Part shown: piece after piece, positions 25,991 to 32,000 of the stretch
How the letters are laid out: each line of letters starts with the position of its first letter
How positions within the stretch are numbered: the stretch's first letter is position 1
Notes under the pieces: model-generated
Databases searched by the model: none
The model's input: only the letters and a program-made list of their open reading frames with translations
What the model was told of the DNA's origin: nothing
Program-made: the position numbers and the translations under genes
Source of the DNA: Methylorubrum extorquens
Lineage (GTDB): Bacteria; Pseudomonadota; Alphaproteobacteria; Rhizobiales; Beijerinckiaceae
Direction: 5' to 3'
Assembly: GCA_900234795.1 (NCBI GenBank)
Contig: LT962688.1
Coordinates: 3,690,001 to 3,722,000 of the forward strand
DNA: 32,000 bases

Positions 25991-26021
25991 CATCGCTGCG
26001 GATCCGAGATCCGGGACGATG
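25991..26021. repeat. Second adjacent palindrome with the same CATCG...CGATG termini
   Basis: CATCGCTGCGGATC-cga-GATCCGGGACGATG. The arms are complementary at 11 of 14 positions. Confidence 0.5.
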
Positions 26022-26047
26022 CGCCGGGGAACAAGGAACGTAGGGCG

Positions 26048-27043
26048 ATGTCGGCGGCCAATTCCGGGATCTTCAGCGATCCCACGGCGCGGGGCCTGAC
26101 CCTCGAACTGGTGCGGGTGACCGAGGCGGCGGCCATCGCCGCGGCCCGGCTGCGGGGCCACGGCCGCGAGAAGGAGGCCGACCAAGCCGCCGTCGATGCG
26201 ATGCGCGCCGAGCTGATGCTGCTGCCGATCGAGGGCCGCGTGGTGATCGGCGAGGGCGAGCGCGACGAGGCGCCGATGCTGTTCATCGGTGAGGCCGTCG
26301 GCACCGGCAACGGCCCGTCTGTAGACATCGCGGTCGATCCGCTGGAGGGCACGACGCTCTGCGCCAAGGACATGCCGGGCGCCATCGCCGTGATGGCCCT
26401 GGCCGAGCGCGGCTCGCTGCTCGCCGCCCCCGACGTCTACATGCAGAAGATCGCCATCGGCCCCGGCTACCCACTCGGCACGGTCGATCTCGACTGGAGC
26501 CCGGCCCGGAACATCGCCTCGCTCGCCCGCGCCAAGGGCGTGGAGACCTCCGGCATCACCGCGATCATCCTCGACCGGCCGCGCCACATGGACCTGATCG
26601 CCGCCGTGCGCGACACCGGCGCCAGCATCCGCCTGATCTCGGATGGCGACATCGCCGCGATCATCCACTGCACCAAGCCCGACGAGACCGGCGTCGATAT
26701 CTACATGGGCACCGGCGCCGCGCCGGAGGGCGTGATCGCCGCCAGCGCGCTCCGCTGCATCGGCGGCCAGATGCAGGGTCGGCTCATCCTCGATTCCGCC
26801 GACAAGCGGGCACGAGCGGTCAAGATGGGCATCACCGACCCGAACCGGAAATACGACATGCACGATATGGCCCGGGGCGACGTCATCGTCGCGGCCACCG
26901 GGGTGACCACGGGGGCCCTGCTTGCGGGCGTGCGGTTCAGCCCCGGCCTGATCGAGACGGAGACGGTGGTCTACCGCTCAAACACCGGCACCGTCCGCCG
27001 CATCGCCTGCGAACACCGCCGGCTGGAGAGCGCGCCGGGCTGA
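26048..27043 (+). CDS. glpX: Class II fructose-1,6-bisphosphatase
   Basis: 331 aa with LVRVTEAAAIAAARLRGHG.K..ADQAAVDAMR, VIGEGERDEAPML, VDPLEGTT and DGDIAA. Confidence 0.95.
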   Translation: MSAANSGIFSDPTARGLTLELVRVTEAAAIAAARLRGHGREKEADQAAVDAMRAELMLLPIEGRVVIGEGERDEAPMLFIGEAVGTGNGPSVDIAVDPLEGTTLCAKDMPGAIAVMALAERGSLLAAPDVYMQKIAIGPGYPLGTVDLDWSPARNIASLARAKGVETSGITAIILDRPRHMDLIAAVRDTGASIRLISDGDIAAIIHCTKPDETGVDIYMGTGAAPEGVIAASALRCIGGQMQGRLILDSADKRARAVKMGITDPNRKYDMHDMARGDVIVAATGVTTGALLAGVRFSPGLIETETVVYRSNTGTVRRIACEHRRLESAPG

Positions 27044-27113
27044 TTCGCGGTCGCGAACGGGGGATTGGCCGGGACCGAAGCGGGGCCGGAGCCGACCCCT
27101 GCTCGGCTCCCGC

Positions 27114-27494
27114 TCAGCCGACGACGGCTGGACCGAACAGCGCCTTGGCCAGACGCGCCGGATCGATCGGTTTCTCGCAATGAATCGCGTCCCGCAGACG
27201 CGACGGGACGGCATTCTCCTCGTAGCCGGTGGCGAAGACGAAGGGGACGCCGCGCGCCCTGAGCGCGTCGGCAACCGGAAAGACCATAACCTCACGCAGG
27301 TTGATGTCGAGCACCGCGCCGTCGATGCGCGGGCATGTCTCGATCATCGCCAGAGCGTCATCGACATTCCCCACGGGGCCGACCACTTGCGCGCCCCGCT
27401 CTTCGAACGCACGCCGTATGTCTTCAGCGATAAAATATTCGTCCTCGACGACGAGGACATGCCTTCCGTTGAACAGTTCGGTACCGTCCGGCAT
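27114..27494 (-). CDS. Single-domain response regulator, FAT-GUY family (SdrG-like)
   Basis: I trimmed the start to ATG 27494, which has GGAGGGA upstream. Motifs are VLVVEDEYFIA, GAVLDINL (phospho-acceptor Asp) and VPFVFATGYEE (the FATGY signature). Confidence 0.85.
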   Translation of the reverse strand: MPDGTELFNGRHVLVVEDEYFIAEDIRRAFEERGAQVVGPVGNVDDALAMIETCPRIDGAVLDINLREVMVFPVADALRARGVPFVFATGYEENAVPSRLRDAIHCEKPIDPARLAKALFGPAVVG

Positions 27495-27605
27495 CGGCCG
27501 CTCCCTCCACGCTCTCTCGATACGCTCAAGATCGCGTTCGATACGGAAGTATAAACCGCGAAATCCGTTTCGGAGAGCCCCGCCCACAGATTTCAAGTTG
27601 CCCAC

Positions 27606-27631
27606 AACCGTAAGGAGGTTGCGCCGGTTCC
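27606..27631 (-). promoter_or_regulatory. Candidate EcfG-type (general stress sigma factor) promoter
   Basis: The minus strand reads GGAAC-N17-GGTT (or N16-CGGTT), compared with the consensus GGAAC-N16/17-CGTT. It is about 110 nt upstream of the response-regulator ATG. Confidence 0.25.
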
Positions 27632-27899
27632 CAGCCCTAACTCGGCGGAGGGTCATCCGGTTCGCGAGACGCGCCCATCGGCACGCGCGAGAGCGCTTCC
27701 CCTCGCGTCGCCATTTCGGCAGCCGCCCGTGAGAAGGCGGCTGGAATGGGCGCCCGGGCGCGGTGGATCGAGCGGGTTCTGACGGATTTCGCCTAACGCT
27801 TGAGGGGCCGCCGAGCACCGATCGGCCGGCTGCTCCGAGCCGTTGATGGGACACGCAGATTTCGACGAACCCGCGGCCCCTGCAAGATGGGAAAGTGCC

Positions 27900-28760
27900 C
27901 TAGAACAGGCCGCCCTGCATGCGGCCGACGCCCTGCTTGGCCACGGCGTTGTTGGGATCGAGGCGCGCGGCCTGCTGATAGCTCTCGTTCGCCTCTTTGC
28001 GGCGGTTCGTCTTCTCGTAGGCCAGCCCGCGATAGGCCCAGGATCCGGCGTCCTTCGCGTTCACGTTCAGCGCCGCGTTGAAATCCTCGATCGCCTTGTC
28101 GTACTGGCCCAGCGAGATCAGGCTCTGGCCGCGAGCGGCGTAGGGGGCGGCGACGAAGGGGTTGCGGTCGATGGCCGCAGCGAAGTCGCCGATCGCCTCA
28201 GGGTTGTGATTCTGCTTCTGCCGCACGAGGCCGCGGGCGTGGTAGGCCTCGGCCGATTCCGGCGCGAGGCGGATCGCGACGTTGAGGTCGTTCAGCGCCC
28301 CGTCGAGGTCACCCTGGGCGCGCTCGAGGTTCGCCCGGCCGATATAGGCGGCGGAAAAATTCGGATCGTTGGCGATCGCCTTCGAGAAGTCCTGCATCGC
28401 CGCATCGGCGCGGCCGGTCTGGCGGTAGGCCAGCGCCCGGTTGTTGTAGGCCGAGGCCGAGTTCGGATCGAGCTGGATCGCCTTCGAGAAGTCGGTGATC
28501 GCCTCGCCGAACTGACCCGCGCGGGCATAGGCCGCGCCGCGGGTGTTGTAGGCGCCGGCATCCGAGGGGTTGCGCGAAATCACATCGCTGAGCGAGGCGA
28601 TGTTGACGTTGGTGGCGCCCGTCGTGTCGGTCTCCAGCACCGCGAATTGGCGCGGAGCCGTCGCGCTGCCATAGGTCTCGCAGCCGGCCAGCGCCGCGGC
28701 CGTCAGCGCGAGGGCACCGACCAGCCTCGCCTTGCGTCCGTCCAGCGTCATCGCGATCAT
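27900..28760 (-). CDS. TPR-repeat lipoprotein
   Basis: The lipobox is LAGC at residues 24-27. There are repeated 34-aa units (A.AYNNRALAY...G....A..DF.KAI.LDP). GGGGGAGAA lies upstream. Confidence 0.85.
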   Translation of the reverse strand: MIAMTLDGRKARLVGALALTAAALAGCETYGSATAPRQFAVLETDTTGATNVNIASLSDVISRNPSDAGAYNTRGAAYARAGQFGEAITDFSKAIQLDPNSASAYNNRALAYRQTGRADAAMQDFSKAIANDPNFSAAYIGRANLERAQGDLDGALNDLNVAIRLAPESAEAYHARGLVRQKQNHNPEAIGDFAAAIDRNPFVAAPYAARGQSLISLGQYDKAIEDFNAALNVNAKDAGSWAYRGLAYEKTNRRKEANESYQQAARLDPNNAVAKQGVGRMQGGLF

Positions 28761-29147
28761 TGTCCCGTTCTCCCCCGCGCCCGCTTGCCCGGATCTCCGC
28801 GGCGGCCCCTTGAGGCCCGGATCATCCCGTCGCGCGCACGCTGCCGCAACACGGTGAATGGGCGCTTAAAGTGCCTCGCAAAACATCCGCATCGCCGACA
28901 GCGCCCGCGCGGGCCGAGCCGTGGAGCGAAGGTTTTGCGAAACGAATCCGGGAAGATCCGGCGGGCCCCTCCGGCCTGAGACCGGACAAACACGCACGAT
29001 GCTTCCGCGGACGCCCCGTACCCTCCGCTGAAACCTCGGGATGTGGCGAAGGTGTGGCCCGTGTCCTCACGCTTTCGCCGATCGCTTCGAACCGGGCTCG
29101 ACTGTAGTTCGCTGTTGCCGAGAGGCGACAGATTGAATGGTCAAGCT

Positions 29148-30260
29148 TTAGTCGAGCGGCTTGAGCCGGGTGACGTGCCCCATCTTGCGGCCGGGACGGG
29201 CCTCGGCCTTGCCGTAGAGGTGGAGATGGGCGCCCGGCTCCGCGAGCAGGTCTGCCCAGGCATCGGCCTCGGCGCCGATGAGGTTCTCCATCTCCACCGC
29301 CATGCCGCCGGTGCGGGCGGTGTCGCCGAGCGGCCAGCCGCAGACCGCGCGCACGGTTTGCGCGAATTGCGAGGTCAGCGCGCCCTCGATGGTCCAGTGC
29401 CCGGAATTGTGCACGCGGGGCGCGATCTCGTTGACGACGAGGCGGGCGGCCCCCTCGGACCCGGCGATCTCGAACATCTCGACTGCAAGCACGCCGACAT
29501 AGTCCAGCGCCTCGGCGATGGCGCGGGCGATGGCGACCGCCGCGTCACCCGTCGTCCGGGTCAGGCCGGGAGCGGGGACGCGGGTGAGCGCGAGGATGTG
29601 GTCGCGGTGCTCGTTGGCGCAGGGGTCGTAGGCCGCGAACGTCCCGTCCGGTCCGCGGGCGGCGACCACCGAGATTTCGCGCTCGAACGGCACGAACCCT
29701 TCGAGGATACAGGGCGCGCCCTTGAACTCGGCGAGGAGGGCAGCCGGGTCGTCGCCCTCGCGGATCATCCGCTGGCCCTTGCCGTCGTAGCCGAAGCGCC
29801 GGGTCTTCAGCACGGCGGGACGGCCGAGCGCCTCCAGGGCCCGCACGAGATCCTCGACCGTATCGACGGCCCGGTAGGGCGCGGTCGGAATGCCGAGCGA
29901 GGTCACGAAGTCCTTCTCGGACAGGCGATCCTGCGTCGTGAGCAGCGCCGTCGCGCTCGGGCGCAGGGTCGCGTGCTCGGCGAGCACCGCGGCGGTGGCG
30001 TGGGGGATGTTCTCGAACTCGTAGGTGACCACGTCGCAGGCATCGGCGAAGGCGGCCAGCGCCGCCGCGTCGTCGTAGGGCGCCAGCGTGTGGGCATGGG
30101 CCACGTCGAAGGCCGGGCTGTCGGCGTCGGGGGCGTAGATGTGCACCTTGAGGCCGTAATTGGCCGCCGCGAGCGCGATCATGCGGCCGAGCTGGCCGCC
30201 GCCGACGATGCCGAGGGTGCCGCCGGGCCGGATCTGCAGCGAGGAGGTGGGAGAGGCCAT
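29148..30260 (-). CDS. purK: 5-(carboxyamino)imidazole ribonucleotide synthase
   Basis: I trimmed the start to ATG 30260. Motifs are LGIVGGGQLGRM, VVTYEFENIP, VLKTRRFGYDGKGQ, EIAPRVHNSGHWT and GRKMGHVT. Confidence 0.95.
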   Translation of the reverse strand: MASPTSSLQIRPGGTLGIVGGGQLGRMIALAAANYGLKVHIYAPDADSPAFDVAHAHTLAPYDDAAALAAFADACDVVTYEFENIPHATAAVLAEHATLRPSATALLTTQDRLSEKDFVTSLGIPTAPYRAVDTVEDLVRALEALGRPAVLKTRRFGYDGKGQRMIREGDDPAALLAEFKGAPCILEGFVPFEREISVVAARGPDGTFAAYDPCANEHRDHILALTRVPAPGLTRTTGDAAVAIARAIAEALDYVGVLAVEMFEIAGSEGAARLVVNEIAPRVHNSGHWTIEGALTSQFAQTVRAVCGWPLGDTARTGGMAVEMENLIGAEADAWADLLAEPGAHLHLYGKAEARPGRKMGHVTRLKPLD

Positions 30261-30277
30261 GGCGCTTCGTGTCGTTG

Positions 30278-30775
30278 TCAGGCTTGAGAGGGGTCCGGCC
30301 GTTCGGCGACGGAGGCGGTCTGGCGGTCGCGCCACGCATCGAGCCGCTCGGCGAGCCCGGCATCGGTGAGCGCCAGCACGGCGGCGGCGAGCAGGGCGGC
30401 GTTGACGGCCCCGGCCCGGCCGATCGCCAGCGTGCCCACGGGAATGCCGGCGGGCATCTGGACGATGGAGAGCAGGCTGTCCTGGCCCGAGAGCGCCTTC
30501 GACTCGACCGGAACGCCGAAGACCGGCAGCGACGTCATCGCCGCCGTCATGCCCGGCAGATGCGCGGCCCCGCCCGCCCCGGCGATCACCACCTTGAAGC
30601 CGGCTTCCCGCGCGCCCTTGGCGAAGGAGACGAGGCGGTCCGGGGTGCGGTGGGCCGAGACGATGCGGGCATCGTAGGCCACGCCGAGCGCGTCCAGCGT
30701 TTCGGCGGCGTTGCGCATGGTCGCCCAGTCCGACTGGCTTCCCATGATGATCGCGACCGGGGGCGATCCCAGCAT
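30278..30775 (-). CDS. purE: 5-(carboxyamino)imidazole ribonucleotide mutase
   Basis: I trimmed the start to ATG 30775. Motifs are [30 protein letters not shown] and VFGVPV. Confidence 0.93.
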   Translation of the reverse strand: MLGSPPVAIIMGSQSDWATMRNAAETLDALGVAYDARIVSAHRTPDRLVSFAKGAREAGFKVVIAGAGGAAHLPGMTAAMTSLPVFGVPVESKALSGQDSLLSIVQMPAGIPVGTLAIGRAGAVNAALLAAAVLALTDAGLAERLDAWRDRQTASVAERPDPSQA

Positions 30776-31076
30776 CGTCGTCTGGCCCACTACGAGGAAG
30801 CGGGCCCGTCGGCCCGCGAAAAGGCCGAATAACAGGGGGGCCCGTACCCCGGCAAGGCGAGACCCTGCAAACACTTAAAATGCGGCTGCACCACGGGCCG
30901 GCCATAAGGCGCAAGCCTCGCCCCTGGCGCAGCATCGAGGCCGGGCGGAGGCACCGGCGACGCCCTGTGAAAATCCCCCGATTCTCGCCGAACCGGGCGG
31001 AGCCGAAATCGACCGACCGCGTTGAGCTGGAAACGGCCATCGAGCGGCCGGGCCCCTTACCTCAGCGAGCTCTCAA

Positions 31077-31253
31077 ATGTCCTCCGCGGACCAGAACACG
31101 CGCGCCCGCACGGCAACCCATATCGACATTCACGACAGTACCACCCGCAAGCACTGGGCCGATCTGCTTCAGGTCTCCGACGAACGTCTGCGCAAGGCGG
31201 TCCGGCTCGTCGGAACCCGGGTGTCGAGCGTCTCGGCCTATCTCGCCAAGTAG
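31077..31253 (+). CDS. DUF3606-family small protein, 58 aa (below the ORF-track size cutoff)
   Basis: My own translation gives MSSADQNTRARTATHIDIHDSTTRKHWADLLQVSDERLRKAVRLVGTRVSSVSAYLAK. GC3 is high and the W..L.VS...L..AV..VG.....V..YL pattern is present. The ribosome-binding site is weak. Confidence 0.6.
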   Translation: MSSADQNTRARTATHIDIHDSTTRKHWADLLQVSDERLRKAVRLVGTRVSSVSAYLAK

Positions 31254-31330
31254 TCTGACCAAGTCATTCGGTCGCCGATCGACAATCGCTTCGCCGGGGA
31301 GGCCGTACCTTCCCGGCGTTGCCGCGCGAG

Positions 31331-31445
31331 CATCGTGCCGAAAAGCGGCCAGCGGCTTTCGGACAATGCCGGTGTGCTCAAGCGCATGCCGACGAAGTGG
31401 TCCCCGGTTCGTTGAAAGAATGCGCGCCAAAACAGGGGGCTAGAG
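31331..31445. repeat. Mosaic intergenic repeat: a palindromic unit plus related downstream modules
   Basis: CATCGTGCCGAAAAGCGGCCAGCGGCTTTCGGACAATG (31331-31368) is followed by GAAGTGGTCCCCGGTTCGTTGAAAGAATGCGCGCCAAAACAGGGGGCTAGAG. The second module parallels GGTGGCCACCGGCTTTCGGGACGATGCTACGACAAGAG at 25946-25983. Confidence 0.45.
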
Positions 31446-31450
31446 ACGCC

Positions 31451-31469
31451 GCCCTGATGCCATCAGGGC
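31451..31469 (-). terminator. Hairpin 10 nt downstream of the DUF465 stop
   Basis: GCCCTGATG-c-CATCAGGGC is a 9-bp inverted repeat. No T tract follows. Confidence 0.35.
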
Positions 31470-31479
31470 GGATACGGCT

Positions 31480-31701
31480 CTAAGCGATGATATCCGGCGT
31501 GATCTGGTCTTCCAGATGGGTGATCCGGTCGCGCAGGACGAGCTTGCGCTTCTTGAGTCTCTGCAACTGAAGCTGATCGACGGCGACGCTGACCTTCAGC
31601 GCCTCGATCGCCTCGTCGAGATCCCGGTGCTCTTCGCGCAACCGCGTCAGCTCGCCGGCCGGATCCGCGACCGCGTCGTTGGCAATCTCGTCCGCCATCA
31701 T
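31480..31701 (-). CDS. DUF465 (YdcH-like) small protein, 73 aa
   Basis: I trimmed the start to ATG 31701. Motifs are LREEHRDLDEAIEAL and LQLQRLKKRKLVLRDRITHLE. Confidence 0.8.
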   Translation of the reverse strand: MMADEIANDAVADPAGELTRLREEHRDLDEAIEALKVSVAVDQLQLQRLKKRKLVLRDRITHLEDQITPDIIA

Positions 31702-31952
31702 CGCTTGAAACACACCACCGGCCTTGACCGGGCGCGACCATGCGCCAAGCTCCCGGCCGGAGCAAGGCGGGACATCCGGTTCTCCCGTCTTGTCGGAGCT
31801 TGCAACGGCCAAGGTCAGTGCGCCGTCCCGCTCCAGAAGATTTGAAATTGCCCTGTTACCGATCCATCCACTTTGCCGCCGAATGGCTTCGACACGTGCT
31901 CCATCCTGTGCCAATCTACCCCCGTCGGAAACTGTGACAGGAGCGACACCTC

Positions 31953-32000
31953 ATGTCCTTGCAGACGCATTTGAGCCAGCTCGCCGCCAAGCACGAAGCC
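31953..32000 (+). CDS. Partial CDS (first 16 codons), probably a second DUF465-like protein
   Basis: AGGAG lies 9 nt upstream of ATG 31953. MSLQTHLSQLAAKHEA resembles DUF465 N-termini. It is truncated by the window end. Confidence 0.45.
   Translation, partial: MSLQTHLSQLAAKHEA

Noticed and set aside
27495-27854. N-terminal extension of the response-regulator ORF (246 aa in the track)
   Set aside because: The upstream 120 codons are Arg-rich and AT-richer, and they lack receiver features. A strong GGAGGGA Shine-Dalgarno precedes ATG 27494, which gives a canonical 126-aa receiver.
29043-30287. 414-aa plus-strand ORF, plus the upstream part of the 630-aa minus-strand ORF (30261-31040)
   Set aside because: The first is antisense to purK. 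The second is a 5' extension of the purK frame running through purE in the wrong frame. The purK start at 30260 and the separate purE frame fit the family lengths.
30776-31076. ZTP (pfl) riboswitch upstream of purE
   Set aside because: The purine-gene context prompted the search. Only CCGCCCGG-like fragments are present, and the conserved GGGTCGTGACTGGCG-type 5' module was not found.

Overview
This is a very GC-rich chromosomal segment. Its gene content points to an alphaproteobacterium of the Hyphomicrobiales/Rhizobiales, probably Methylobacterium-like. That placement is an inference from ALA-synthase-type hemA, UPF0262, DUF2948, DUF465 and a FAT-GUY single-domain response regulator. I support about 37 protein-coding genes. 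Most are housekeeping: hemA, murA, hisD, hom, glpX, purE-purK, a NupC-type transporter, an FTR1 iron permease and topoisomerase IB. I recognised no rRNA, tRNA, CRISPR array, transposase or integrase. The long ORFs antisense to or out of frame with these genes are GC-driven shadow ORFs. Observations worth a second look: (1) an intact cytochrome bd subunit I gene (cydA) has no subunit II gene. It sits in a signalling neighbourhood (13.1-17.8 kb) with a receiver-GGDEF protein lacking the phospho-acceptor Asp, a LuxR-type regulator with a degenerate receiver, and a soluble protein that joins an MCP hairpin-tip fragment to a C-terminal sensor-like domain. (2) Three consecutive conserved genes (DUF2948, hisD, LMW phosphatase) each carry a frameshift, and each is a 1-2 nt insertion in a simple-sequence tract within 2.8 kb. 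These are either assembly errors or real gene decay. (3) A family of about 31-42 bp palindromes of the form CATCGT.CCGAAAG...CTTTCGG.ACGATG recurs in intergenic spacers, including the exact spot where cydB would be expected. (4) There are several small secreted proteins of unknown function. Two are paralogues sharing a Cys-bracketed C-terminal loop, and one is an extreme Asp/Arg/Gly/Tyr polyampholyte. (5) Candidate operators (ICE/Irr-like, FixK/FNR-like, EcfG-like) lie in the visibly AT-richer spacers. All family assignments come from reading motifs by eye; no database search was run.
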